Made by a program: the position numbers and the translations under genes. From Dictyoglomus thermophilum H-6-12 (GTDB lineage Bacteria > Dictyoglomota > Dictyoglomia > Dictyoglomales > Dictyoglomaceae), in the NCBI RefSeq assembly GCF_000020965.1, contig NC_011297.1:1428525-1460524 (forward strand): a stretch of DNA of 32,000 nt. Direction: 5' to 3'. The notes under the pieces were generated by a model. The model did not search any database and was not told the origin of the DNA. It saw nothing but the letters and a program-made list of their open reading frames with translations. Position 1 is the first letter of the stretch. Every line of letters begins with the position of its first letter. This document shows, in pieces, positions 1 to 9,915 of this stretch.

Positions 1-693
1 CTCCACTGGACTCATCCTCAAAGATTCTTTAAAAAGTCTACACAAATAAAATTTACTCATATCAACCTGTCTGCTAAGCTCATCAAGAGATAAGTTTTTG
101 TTGTAATTTTGATTTATATAGTTAAGAACATCTTTAATCCTCTCAATCTTATATCCAAGCCTTCCATCTTGATTTCGTCTTTCAGCATAATACTTAAAAA
201 CTCTCCAGAATATGTCAAATAAGAGACTCTTTATATAAAGCTCATATCCATAACTCTTTTCCTTAAAAACTTCTATTATTCTACAAATATCATTTCTTAT
301 ATGTTCATCATTAAGATTTGAAGGAATATGATATCTCTTATTTATAAGAGGTAAAAAATACTCATGTTTACAATAATCAGGTTCCTCCGAATAAAGCAGC
401 CTTAAATCAAACACGATAGCGTACCCTATGCTCCTTTTAATCATCTCCAAACCTGAATGTATTGAGCCTGAATTTACAAAAAGATACTCTCCCTCATTCA
501 ATTTGTACTCATACCCATCTACATAAAACTTACCTATTCCCCTCTCCATATATAAAATCTCAAATTCATTATGCCAATGAGGATTTACAACTCCATTTCT
601 ATATACGAAAATGTCCTCATGAACAAATAATGGAAAATCTGGAGTTCCGTGAGATACATCCGATTCTATTAATTCTTTCTTTCTTACTCTCAT
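1..693 (-). CDS. AraC-family transcriptional regulator (C-terminus runs off window)
   Basis: Hand translation of the minus strand gives MRVRKKELIESDVSHGTPDFPLFVHEDIFVYRNGVVNPHWHNEFEILYMERG... (cupin-like N-domain) and ...LGYKIERIKDVLNYINQNYNKNLSLDELSRQVDMSKFYLCRLFKESLRMSPVE (AraC HTH). Absent from the ORF track, probably because it is truncated by the window edge. Confidence 0.88.
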   Translation of the reverse strand, partial: MRVRKKELIESDVSHGTPDFPLFVHEDIFVYRNGVVNPHWHNEFEILYMERGIGKFYVDGYEYKLNEGEYLFVNSGSIHSGLEMIKRSIGYAIVFDLRLLYSEEPDYCKHEYFLPLINKRYHIPSNLNDEHIRNDICRIIEVFKEKSYGYELYIKSLLFDIFWRVFKYYAERRNQDGRLGYKIERIKDVLNYINQNYNKNLSLDELSRQVDMSKFYLCRLFKESLRMSPVE

Positions 694-744
694 AATTAAA
701 ATTATAACAAAAATTTAAAATTATTTTGCTAAAATTAATACGAC

Positions 745-1365
745 ATGGGTGAAATATACTTAATAAGACATGGAGAAACAGATTGGAATAAAGAGGCTAA
801 ATTTCAAGGTAGAACTGATATTCCCCTAAATTCCAAGGGGAAAAACCAAGCCGAATTATTATCAAAATATCTTGCTAAAGAAAATTTTGACTATATATAT
901 TCAAGTCCCCTAAAAAGAGCTATTGAAACGGCGATTCCCCTATCTAAAAAGCTAAATAAAGAAATCTTAATTCGAGAAAACTGGATAGAATTTAATTTTG
1001 GTGAATGGGAAGGCCTAACTGTAAAAGAAGTACATGAAAAATATCCTATAGAAAGAGATCTATGGCTTTATCATACTGAAAAGGGAAAAATTCCAAAAGG
1101 CGAAAGCTTCAAAGAAGCTTACGAAAGGTTATCCATTGAGAAAAAGTATATCTTAGAACATCACAAAGATCATAAAATAGCAATCTTTACCCATGGAGCG
1201 ATAATAAGAGCAGCACTATACGTCTTTTTAGATCTTCCCCACTTGGGATTTGGAAAGATCACCATAAGTTCATGTTCTATAACTCACTTCAAGATCAAAG
1301 ATAATAGATTTATACTTGTGAGACTCAATTATCTATATCCTGATGAGATTTTTTCATACTTTTGA
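745..1365 (+). CDS. Histidine phosphatase family protein (phosphoglycerate mutase/CobC-like)
   Basis: N-terminal LIRHGETDWN...GR.D.PLN..G..QA motif, SPLKRAIETA, and H in IFTHGAIIRA. Confidence 0.93.
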   Translation: MGEIYLIRHGETDWNKEAKFQGRTDIPLNSKGKNQAELLSKYLAKENFDYIYSSPLKRAIETAIPLSKKLNKEILIRENWIEFNFGEWEGLTVKEVHEKYPIERDLWLYHTEKGKIPKGESFKEAYERLSIEKKYILEHHKDHKIAIFTHGAIIRAALYVFLDLPHLGFGKITISSCSITHFKIKDNRFILVRLNYLYPDEIFSYF

Positions 1366-1368
1366 TGA

Positions 1369-1463
<95 letters not shown>

Positions 1464-1474
1464 AAGCAAAAAAA

Positions 1475-1503
1475 ATTATACCAAGGAATTAATTTATAAG
1501 CAA
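1475..1503 (-). promoter_or_regulatory. Predicted sigma70-type promoter for tRNA-Ser
   Basis: Minus strand TTGCTT - 17 bp - TATAAT, with extended -10 (TGGTATAAT), 11 bp upstream of the tRNA 5' end. Confidence 0.65.
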
Positions 1504-1505
1504 TA

Positions 1506-1925
1506 TCAACTTTTTATTTCTTTTAATACCTTCTCGATGCTTACACCGTTATCAAGGAGTAGTTTTGAGGCAAAAGAGGTACTCTCTTTAAGTATTCCTA
1601 AAAGAAGATGCTCTGCATCAATTATTTCCTTTCCCATTTCTTTTGCAAAACTCTGTGCATAATCAAGAATTTTAAAGACTTTTTGACTTATAGGAGAAAG
1701 GTCATATTGATTAGTTTTTTGAGCTTTTAGTTCCCTTTCCAATTCTGCTTTTATCCTTCCCAGATCAATTCCAATCTTCTTCAGAATCTTACATGCCCCA
1801 TTGTTTTTATCGTTAATTATACTAAGAAGTAAATGCTCTGCATCCATAGAAGGAGAACTAAAACTCAGTACTAATTCTTCAGCACTTGAAATAATAGACT
1901 CAGACCTAAATTTAAGAGTCTTCAT
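1506..1925 (-). CDS. Stand-alone Clp N-terminal (Clp_N/ClpC-N-like) double-repeat protein
   Basis: Two repeats MDAEHLLLSIIND...ILKKIGID and IDAEHLLLGILKE...LLLDNGVS, typical of Clp_N; no AAA+ module in this 139 aa ORF. Good SD (GAGGGGAGG) upstream. Confidence 0.8.
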   Translation of the reverse strand: MKTLKFRSESIISSAEELVLSFSSPSMDAEHLLLSIINDKNNGACKILKKIGIDLGRIKAELERELKAQKTNQYDLSPISQKVFKILDYAQSFAKEMGKEIIDAEHLLLGILKESTSFASKLLLDNGVSIEKVLKEIKS

Positions 1926-2045
1926 GGAAATATCCTCCCCTCAACCCATCAAGTTTTGGATTATTTTATAATATTTTGAAAATAATTACAAGTATATGTG
2001 AATTAGGTATATAATAATAAAAAAACTATTAGGGGGGAAGGAATA

Positions 2046-2777
2046 ATGAAGAAGATAGTTTTTATATTTTTGATTTTAAGTATCCTATACAGCATTAGCT
2101 TAGCCTTAGAAATTAACTATTATGGACATGCATGCATAAAATTGTCTTTCGAAAATCAATATTCCATAATAATAGATCCCTTCTCTTCAAACTATCCTAT
2201 CTCCTCCACTGACGCAGATTTGATAATAAGTACTCATGAGCATCCAGACCATTTTAATCCAAATTTTTTAAACAAAAAAGTTGAGATAATCGTAGGAACT
2301 AAAAATAATGGAAAGGACTGGAATATAATAAATAGGGAGACCAAAGGGATCAAAATCTGGAATATTCCTGTATATCATGACAACTCGAAGGGTTCTCAAA
2401 GAGGTAAAAACAGTATCATCGTTATAGAAGGAGATGGGTTAAAAATAGTTCATATGGGAGATATAGGGCACCTTCTGAACAAAGAGGAGCTATCAAAACT
2501 CAAAAATGTAGACCTCTTATTCATTCCTGTAGGAGGATTTTTTACTTTAGATATAAAAGATGTAATTACGACAATAAAAGAGATAAGCCCTAAAGTAGTA
2601 ATACCTATACACTATAAAACAGAATATACAAAAGACTGGCCAATACTACCCCTTTCTAATTTCCTGAAAGAAGCAGAAAAAGATTTTAAAATCGTAAGCC
2701 TAAACACCAACAACATCAAGCTATCTCCAAGAGATTTACCTAATAAAACAGAGATCTGGATATTAAATTATAAATAG
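2046..2777 (+). CDS. MBL-fold metallo-hydrolase, UPF0173-like, with N-terminal signal peptide
   Basis: N-terminal MKKIVFIFLILSILYSISLALE signal-like segment; YYGHACIKLSF, DLIISTHEHPDH (HxHxDH) and VVIPIHYKTEY motifs. Confidence 0.88.
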   Translation: MKKIVFIFLILSILYSISLALEINYYGHACIKLSFENQYSIIIDPFSSNYPISSTDADLIISTHEHPDHFNPNFLNKKVEIIVGTKNNGKDWNIINRETKGIKIWNIPVYHDNSKGSQRGKNSIIVIEGDGLKIVHMGDIGHLLNKEELSKLKNVDLLFIPVGGFFTLDIKDVITTIKEISPKVVIPIHYKTEYTKDWPILPLSNFLKEAEKDFKIVSLNTNNIKLSPRDLPNKTEIWILNYK

Positions 2778-2803
2778 CTTTACTGTTATGGTATAATAAA
2801 GCC

Positions 2804-4546
2804 ATGAAAAATAAGGAAGTTGCTCAAATTTTAGATGAAATAGCAACTCTCCTTGAAATAAAAGGAGAGAATAAATATAAAATTGCAGCCTATCAGGAGG
2901 CTGCAAGAAGAATAGAAAATCTTCCCGAAGATATAGAAAAATTATTTAAACAAGGCAAGTTATATCAAATCAAAGGCATTGGAGAAAGCATTGGACAAAA
3001 AATCAAGGAATATCTTACTACAGGTAAAGTAACATATTTAGAAGAATTAAGAAGAGAAATTCCACCAGAAATTCTTGAACTTCTAAAAATACCTGGCATT
3101 GGTCCTAAACTTGCTTATAGATTATATACTGAGCTTGGAATAAAAGACATTGATTCTCTGGAAAAAGCAGCAAGAGAAGGGAAAATAAGATTATTACCTA
3201 GGTTAGGACCTAAAGTTGAGCAAAACATCTTAGAAGCTATAAAAGAATATAGAGAAAAACAAAATGTGCCTGAAAGAATACCTTTAGGAGTAGCTCTACC
3301 ACTTACTGAAGAAATTGTAAATTATTTATCCCAATATCCCTTCATAGAAAATATAGTCCCTGCTGGAAGTTTAAGAAGAAGAAAAGAAACCATAGGTGAT
3401 ATAGATATATTGATCACAACCTCAGACATGGATAAAGTAAATCAGGTTTTAAAGAATCTTCCAATTCTAAGAAATATCCTTGCTGCAGGAACCACTAAAA
3501 CTAGTATCATTGTCGAACCAGGAATTCAAGTTGATTTTAGAGTGGTAGACAAAAGTTCTTTTGGAGCCGCATTGCAATATTTTACAGGCTCAAAACAGCA
3601 CAATATAAAATTAAGAGAATTAGCTATAAAGAAAGGATTAAAGATAAACGAATATGGAGTTTTTAGAATAAGTGACAACAGAAAAATAGGAGGAGAAAAA
3701 GAAGAAGAGGTATATGAGATCCTTGGTCTTCAATATATACCTCCAGAATTAAGAGAAGATCAAGGTGAGATCGAAGCTGCGATGGAAGGAAAACTGCCAG
3801 AACTCATAGAAGAAAAAGACATCTTAGGAGATATGCATGTACATACTGATTGGAGTGATGGAGCTAATACCCTTGAAGAAATGGTGGAAACTGCCTATAG
3901 ACTTGGATATAAATATGTGGTAATTTCAGATCATAGCCAAGCTTTAGGAGTTGCAGGAGGCTTAACTCCTGAACAGATTGAAAAACAAAGACTAAGAATT
4001 CAAGAATTGAATAAAAAATATAGAGATTTCAAAATTCTCCATAGTATTGAGGCAAATATATTAAGTGATGGTGCTATTGATCTTCCCGAAGAAGTACTAA
4101 AAAAATTTGATCTTGTTATTGCAGGACTCCATTCAGGCTTTAAACAACCCAAAGAAAAGATTACAGAAAGACTTATTTCTGCTATTAAAAATCCATGGGT
4201 TGATATTATAAGCCACCCTACAGGAAGATTGATAAATAAAAGACCTGCTTATGAAGTAGACTTGCCAGCTATTCTCTACTGGGCAAAAGAAACAGGAACA
4301 GTTTTAGAAATAAATGCCCAACCTGATAGACTTGATCTTTGTGACATAGATGCCAAAATAGCAAGAGAAAAATACGGAATATATCTTTCAATTGGCACTG
4401 ACAGCCATGATATTAGAAGTTATTCACTAATAAAATATGGAATAGCTGTGGCAAGAAGAGCCTGGCTCAAAAAAGAAGATGTTATAAATACCTATCCCTG
4501 GGAAGAGGCAAAAACTAAACTAAAGAGATATAAAAACCAGAAATGA
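2804..4546 (+). CDS. polX: DNA polymerase/3'-5' exonuclease PolX (family X polymerase + PHP domain)
   Basis: N-terminal helix-hairpin-helix region (IPGIGPKLAYRLY, LPRLGPKVEQNI), nucleotidyl transferase motif GSLRRRKETIGDIDILI, C-terminal PHP motifs DMHVHTDWSDGANTLEEM and ISDHSQ. Confidence 0.95.
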   Translation: MKNKEVAQILDEIATLLEIKGENKYKIAAYQEAARRIENLPEDIEKLFKQGKLYQIKGIGESIGQKIKEYLTTGKVTYLEELRREIPPEILELLKIPGIGPKLAYRLYTELGIKDIDSLEKAAREGKIRLLPRLGPKVEQNILEAIKEYREKQNVPERIPLGVALPLTEEIVNYLSQYPFIENIVPAGSLRRRKETIGDIDILITTSDMDKVNQVLKNLPILRNILAAGTTKTSIIVEPGIQVDFRVVDKSSFGAALQYFTGSKQHNIKLRELAIKKGLKINEYGVFRISDNRKIGGEKEEEVYEILGLQYIPPELREDQGEIEAAMEGKLPELIEEKDILGDMHVHTDWSDGANTLEEMVETAYRLGYKYVVISDHSQALGVAGGLTPEQIEKQRLRIQELNKKYRDFKILHSIEANILSDGAIDLPEEVLKKFDLVIAGLHSGFKQPKEKITERLISAIKNPWVDIISHPTGRLINKRPAYEVDLPAILYWAKETGTVLEINAQPDRLDLCDIDAKIAREKYGIYLSIGTDSHDIRSYSLIKYGIAVARRAWLKKEDVINTYPWEEAKTKLKRYKNQK

Positions 4547-5397
4547 AAATACGGAGAAAAGGAAAAATCTCAGAAGGCGAATGGATTATCCTCTTAGATA
4601 ACAAAAAAAGATACCTAATACAAGTTGAGAGAGAAAAAGTATTTCATTTTCACAAAGGATATATAAAACATGAGGATATCATAGGAATAGAAGAGGGAAG
4701 CATTGTAAAATCCTCTCAAGGGGCAAACCTTCTTGTACTAAGACCTACTTACTCAGATTTTATTCTTGAGATGCCTCGTGGTGCTCAAATAATTTATCCT
4801 AAAGACATAGCAACCATATTAGTCTTTGCAGATATCTATCCTGGAGCAAGAGTTCTTGAGGCAGGAATCGGATCAGGAGCTCTAACTATTGCTCTTCTCC
4901 AAGCTGTAGGTGAAACAGGTACGGTAATATCTTACGAGATAAGAGAAGATTTTGCTAAGAGAGCCTTAGCTAATATAGAAAATTTTTTAGGAAGAAGAGA
5001 AAACCATATATTAAGATTGAAAGACATTTATGAGGAAATTGAAGACGAAAATATAGACAGGATAATTTTGGACTTACCAGAACCATGGAGAGCTATTGAT
5101 AAAGTCTTAAAGGCTTTAAGACCAGGAGGAATATTCTTAGCCTATACCCCTACCATAATTCAAGCTCAAAAAACCGTTGAAGCTCTAAAGACCACAAAAT
5201 CTTTTGTATTAATAGAAACCATTGAAACTCTCCTTAGGCCATGGCAAATTGAGGGTTTATCTGTAAGGCCTTTTCACAGAATGGTAGCTCATACTGCATT
5301 TTTGACAATAGCAAGAAAAATAATTACACAAGAAGAGAGTATATCTCCGATGGTTTTGCCTTCTGAAGAAATAGAAGAAAATTATGAGATTGAGTAA
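4543..5397 (+). CDS. trmI: tRNA (adenine-N1)-methyltransferase, TrmI type
   Basis: PRGAQIIYPKDIATILVFADIYPGARVLEAGIGSGALTIALLQAVGETGTVISYEIREDFAKRALANI; DRIILDLPEPW. Start overlaps the polX stop by 4 nt. Confidence 0.9.
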   Translation: MKIRRKGKISEGEWIILLDNKKRYLIQVEREKVFHFHKGYIKHEDIIGIEEGSIVKSSQGANLLVLRPTYSDFILEMPRGAQIIYPKDIATILVFADIYPGARVLEAGIGSGALTIALLQAVGETGTVISYEIREDFAKRALANIENFLGRRENHILRLKDIYEEIEDENIDRIILDLPEPWRAIDKVLKALRPGGIFLAYTPTIIQAQKTVEALKTTKSFVLIETIETLLRPWQIEGLSVRPFHRMVAHTAFLTIARKIITQEESISPMVLPSEEIEENYEIE

Positions 5398-7798
5398 TAA
5401 AGAAATTCCTCTCTTCTTTTAAAAGATCCATTGCAATCTCTTGAACTTTTTTGTAACTATACACAAAATCTTCTTTTCCAAATAAAAGAATTATATTTTG
5501 TCCAAACTTTGACCACTTTAAAAATTCAACTTCCATTAACGGTGGCTTAAGAAAGATTAAATACTTATATACTCTTAATGGCATCTTATCGGGATAAAAA
5601 TATACATCTTTTCCTTCAAAAAACTGTAGATCTTTTTCCCTACTCTTAGAAAAGCGTGCATCAACAAAAGCAGGATTAAAAGATCTTTTAGGAATTCTTA
5701 AATTTTTAATACCAAGCAAATCTGACAAACTTAGTCTTCTATCCTCCTTTTTAAGGTTAGAGAGGAAAATAGTAGGATTATTTATAGTCTTTACTAATTT
5801 TAAAAACTCTGTGGAAAATTTCTCATCTAAAAACCATTCTGCATCATCCCATATAACAATCTTATCTTTTTCCAGAGGCTTTGTTTTAAGCTCCCAAGGA
5901 GATATAGTCTCTTCGTTCCAATAAAATCTATTCCACCCAGGAGAGACAATAATATACTCTTTGCCTCTCTTTTTAACTTCATCTATAAGAAAGTCCTTTT
6001 CGGATTCATTTTCGAGGAAATAGAGAATTGCCTTTGTTTTTTCTCTTTTAGTTTCCTTTATTGCTTTTTCAGCCTCTCTCCACTCTTCTAAGTAGAAGTT
6101 AAAATACTCTCTTCCCTGATATCCTTCCTTCTCTATTCTCAAAATAATATCTAACGTTTGAGGAGATTCCTTAAAAGCATCTTCCTCAATACCAATAGAG
6201 AAAATAGGAGTTGATAAAACTTTCCCAGAGATATCCCCAATTTTAATCTTATATCTTCCCCCATTACCCATTTTTTCAAAATAAGCAATAACTGTTGAAC
6301 TTATCTTAAACCTTGGCTCCTCATTGCCCGGTCCAAAGGGAGGAAGTAAATCAAGTTCAGAGAGAAATTTACCAATATTCTCACTTTTAATCTTATCCAA
6401 AGATATCTCAGCATCTATTTTAACTTTTGGAGTAAAATCCACGTCTTTCCAAAGTTCATTTGCAAGCTTTATTGCATTAATCTTAAAAATTTCATAATCT
6501 TTTTCGAATAGGGAAAAACCAACTGCGCCTCTGTGTCCACCAAAATTTACCAAGTAGCTTGACAAATTAGATATAAAGTCAAATAAATTTACATCTTCTA
6601 CTCCTCTTCCAGAAAAAACGACAAAATCTCCTTCCTTCCTACCCAGAAAGAAGGGTACGTTATATTCCTCCACAAGCATAGAAGCAACAATTCCCATTAC
6701 CCCTCCCACATCCCTTCCCCACAAAGGATTATATAAAAATACTGCCTTATTATTCTCTATCTCTTCCTCTCTCAACATTTCCTTTGCTATTTCATAAACC
6801 CTCTCTACCTCTTCTCTCCTCTTCCTGTTAAATTCATCAAGCTTTTCACAAAGTATTTCTGCCTCTTCTACATTATCTGTAAGGAGCAGTCTAATTGCTT
6901 CTTCTACCTCTTTAAACCTACCTATGGAATTTATTCTCGGCGTTATATTAAAGATGACATCCTTTGTATTTATAATAGTATTTTTATCAAGCCCTACCTT
7001 TCTGATGAGAGTTTTGATCCCTACTAAGTCGGGATTTAAGAATTTTTCAAGACCAAATTTAACTAAGATTCTATTTTCATCTTTAAGTTCCATTAAATCT
7101 CCTAAGGTTCCTAAGGTTACCAACTCCAATATACCCTTTTCTTCATAAATATCTTTACCTATAAAATCTCCTAAAGCTTTTAAGAATTTAAAGGCAACCC
7201 CAACACCTGCCATATATGGATAAGGGTAATTATTTAAATAAGGATTAAATACAAGTAGGGCTTCTGGGATGTTTCCTTCCTCAGGTATATGGTGATCCGT
7301 CACAATAACCTCTACACCATTTTTCCTTAAATATTCAATCTCTTTTCTGCTTTTAATTCCACAATCCACAGTAATTAAAAGACTTACAAACTCATTTTGA
7401 GAAAGAGCTTTCTTAATACTTTTCTCCTTTAATCCATAACCCTCTTCCAACCTGTGAGGTATATAAAAACTTACATCCCATCCCCAATTAGATAAAACTC
7501 TATACATTATAGTTGTAGCCGTTATACCATCTACATCGTAATCTCCAAATATAAGTACTTTTCTTTTTGAATCTCTAAGCTTGACAAGAAAATTCATTGC
7601 TTTTTCTAAATCAGGAAAGTATAAAAATGGGTCATATAAGTCCTCTATCTTAGGATTTAAGAATCTCTTTGCCTGTAAAGAATCTTTTATTCCCCTATTC
7701 AAAAGGAGACGGGCAAGAAGAGGTGATACTCCAATTTCTTTTGCAAAAACCTCCTCTTGCCCTTTGTTTTCCTCAAAAAGGAGAATCCACCTTCTCAT
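5324..7798 (-). CDS. recJ: Single-stranded-DNA-specific exonuclease RecJ (long C-terminal extension)
   Basis: LIFGDYDVDGITATTIMYR, VDCGIKS, VTDHHIPEEG, FGGHRGAVGFSL; 824 aa with a C-terminal region beyond the OB domain. Confidence 0.95.
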   Translation of the reverse strand: MRRWILLFEENKGQEEVFAKEIGVSPLLARLLLNRGIKDSLQAKRFLNPKIEDLYDPFLYFPDLEKAMNFLVKLRDSKRKVLIFGDYDVDGITATTIMYRVLSNWGWDVSFYIPHRLEEGYGLKEKSIKKALSQNEFVSLLITVDCGIKSRKEIEYLRKNGVEVIVTDHHIPEEGNIPEALLVFNPYLNNYPYPYMAGVGVAFKFLKALGDFIGKDIYEEKGILELVTLGTLGDLMELKDENRILVKFGLEKFLNPDLVGIKTLIRKVGLDKNTIINTKDVIFNITPRINSIGRFKEVEEAIRLLLTDNVEEAEILCEKLDEFNRKRREEVERVYEIAKEMLREEEIENNKAVFLYNPLWGRDVGGVMGIVASMLVEEYNVPFFLGRKEGDFVVFSGRGVEDVNLFDFISNLSSYLVNFGGHRGAVGFSLFEKDYEIFKINAIKLANELWKDVDFTPKVKIDAEISLDKIKSENIGKFLSELDLLPPFGPGNEEPRFKISSTVIAYFEKMGNGGRYKIKIGDISGKVLSTPIFSIGIEEDAFKESPQTLDIILRIEKEGYQGREYFNFYLEEWREAEKAIKETKREKTKAILYFLENESEKDFLIDEVKKRGKEYIIVSPGWNRFYWNEETISPWELKTKPLEKDKIVIWDDAEWFLDEKFSTEFLKLVKTINNPTIFLSNLKKEDRRLSLSDLLGIKNLRIPKRSFNPAFVDARFSKSREKDLQFFEGKDVYFYPDKMPLRVYKYLIFLKPPLMEVEFLKWSKFGQNIILLFGKEDFVYSYKKVQEIAMDLLKEERNFFITQSHNFLLFLQKAKPSEIYSLLV

Positions 7799-7801
7799 AT
7801 T

Positions 7802-8674
7802 CTATTTCTGTAGCTCTCTCCACTCACAAAGTATAGCAGAAGCAATATAAATAGTAGAGTAAGTTCCAATTATTATCCCAAGATATATAGCAAGAATAAA
7901 AGGTCTTAAGACTACACCGCCCCAGAATAAGAGAGGAGTAATTGCAAGCAATGTAGTTAATATCGTATATATAGTTCTTGCTAAGGTCTGGTTAATACTT
8001 CTATTAGCAAGAACTGTAAAATCTTCTTTAGGATATTTTTTAAGATTTTCTCTTATCCTGTCAAAGACTATTATGTTATCATTAATGGCATATCCAAGTA
8101 AGGTAAGAATTGCAGCAATAAAAGACGGGCTAACTTCCCACTGAGATATAGCAAAAATGGAAATAGTAGCAAGTAAAACAAAAGCTTCATTTATAATAGC
8201 AGAAATAGCAAAATCAAATCTAAATCTTATAGTTATGTAAACCAGCATAACTATTATTGCAAGAACCGAAGCCAAAATAGCTTTTTCCCTTAGCTCTTTA
8301 CTTATAGTAGGCTCAATAGTGGTTATTTCTCTGCCTTCATACTTACCAACTACTCTCTCTACTTCAGAAGTTAACTTCTTAAGCTCATCTTCTTCCAAAA
8401 ACTTAGTTCTTATCCATACTTCTTTTCCATTTGATCCAGTTTGGATGGTAGATTTATCATAGAACCTTTTAGCAATGTCTCTCAAGGTTGAAATTTGAGA
8501 AGTGCTCAAAGGAGATGAGAGTTTATAGTAAACTACACTACCACTTTGGAAATCAATACTATAATTTAAACCCTTAGTAAAGAAGAAGTATATTCCAACA
8601 ATGATGAAGATAAGGGATAATAACATAAATGTTCTTCTTACCTTTTTACCCAAAAAATTAATTTCTTTTTTCAC
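7802..8674 (-). CDS. secF: Protein translocase subunit SecF
   Basis: GLNYSIDFQSGS, GYAINDNIIVFDRIRENL, ARTIYTILTTLLAITPLLFWGG. Confidence 0.95.
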   Translation of the reverse strand: MKKEINFLGKKVRRTFMLLSLIFIIVGIYFFFTKGLNYSIDFQSGSVVYYKLSSPLSTSQISTLRDIAKRFYDKSTIQTGSNGKEVWIRTKFLEEDELKKLTSEVERVVGKYEGREITTIEPTISKELREKAILASVLAIIVMLVYITIRFRFDFAISAIINEAFVLLATISIFAISQWEVSPSFIAAILTLLGYAINDNIIVFDRIRENLKKYPKEDFTVLANRSINQTLARTIYTILTTLLAITPLLFWGGVVLRPFILAIYLGIIIGTYSTIYIASAILCEWRELQK

Positions 8675-8691
8675 AAATCTTCCTCCCTTCC

Positions 8692-9891
8692 TTATAAGCC
8701 CAAAAACTTCGTAGCCTTCTTAAAAACAGGTAAAGACAACAAATTTTCAAGAAGAGTACGTGTCACAACTATCTGAGTGAACATTGAAAGAGCTACACCA
8801 AGAGATAATGTCACAGCAAAACCTCTTATAGGACCCGTCCCAAAATAGAATAAAATCAACGCCGCAAGTATAGTAGTTACGTTACTATCAATAATAGCTC
8901 TCAAGGCATTTCTAAAACCAGCATCAAGAGAAGCCATAGGAGTCTTCTTCTGTGCATATTCTTCTCTCATTCTTGTAAATATTAGACAATTTGCATCAAC
9001 GGCCATACCGATTGAGAGGATAATTCCTGCAATACCAGGAAGAGTCAAAGTAGCATTCAGTAACTTCAACACAGCAAGATCAAGAATCACATAAATCAAT
9101 AATGCTATATCCGCTACTAAACCTAAAAATCTAAATACGAGTATCATAAATATTACTACAAGAATAGCTCCAATAACTCCTGCCTTATATGCAGCCTCCA
9201 TAGTATCTTTACCAAGAGTAGGATCAATAGTCCTATTTTCTATCACTTTTACAGGTACAGGAAGAGCACCTGCTCTCAAAAGAATTGCAAGCTTCTGAGC
9301 CTCATCAATAGTAAATCTACCTGTAATTACTCCTGTTCCTTCAGTTATAGGTTCTTTAATTACAGGATTTGATATCACTTTTCCATCAAGTACTATAAAT
9401 ACCTGTTTTCCTACATTCTTGGAGGTAAAATCTGCAAAAATTTTTGCTCCTTCAGGATTCATTTCTACCCTTACCATAGGTTGCCCTACTTGATCAAACT
9501 CAACCTTAGCGCTTTTAAGGGCAGAACCTGTAAGAATAGTCTTTCCTGTTTCATCCTTAAATTCTAAAAGAGCAGTCTGTCCTATAATTTCAAGAGCCCT
9601 TTCTGGATCTTTTATACCAGGAAGCTCCACTACAATTTTGTCACTTCCTTCTTTATATATGGAAGGTTCGGTAACTCCCAACTGATCTATACGATTTCTT
9701 ATAACCTCTATAGTCCTTCTTACAGCATCATCAGTAATTTCTACTCCTTCAGCCTTTTGACACTGTAAAGTTACCCTTATACCGCCTCTTATATCCAAAC
9801 CATATCTAAATGGGACAGTAAGAAGCACCCATATAGCAATTCCTAAGAGAACTACTATAAAGGCTGTTTTAATTTCTGGTCTTATATTCAT
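8692..9891 (-). CDS. secD: Protein translocase subunit SecD
   Basis: YGLDIRGGIRVTLQ, RNRIDQLGVTEPSIYKEGSDKIVVELPG, GMAVDANCLIFTRMREE. Confidence 0.96.
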   Translation of the reverse strand: MNIRPEIKTAFIVVLLGIAIWVLLTVPFRYGLDIRGGIRVTLQCQKAEGVEITDDAVRRTIEVIRNRIDQLGVTEPSIYKEGSDKIVVELPGIKDPERALEIIGQTALLEFKDETGKTILTGSALKSAKVEFDQVGQPMVRVEMNPEGAKIFADFTSKNVGKQVFIVLDGKVISNPVIKEPITEGTGVITGRFTIDEAQKLAILLRAGALPVPVKVIENRTIDPTLGKDTMEAAYKAGVIGAILVVIFMILVFRFLGLVADIALLIYVILDLAVLKLLNATLTLPGIAGIILSIGMAVDANCLIFTRMREEYAQKKTPMASLDAGFRNALRAIIDSNVTTILAALILFYFGTGPIRGFAVTLSLGVALSMFTQIVVTRTLLENLLSLPVFKKATKFLGL

Positions 9892-9915
9892 AAATCTTCC
9901 ATCTCTCCTTTCTCT

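Noticed and set aside
462-695. 77 aa plus-strand ORF
   Set aside because: Lies antisense within the AraC-family gene; no recognisable protein features and the minus-strand reading is clearly the real gene.
5324-7798. RecJ C-terminal extension as a fused novel domain
   Set aside because: Long C-terminal regions are common in Firmicutes-type RecJ, so I do not treat it as new without a profile search.
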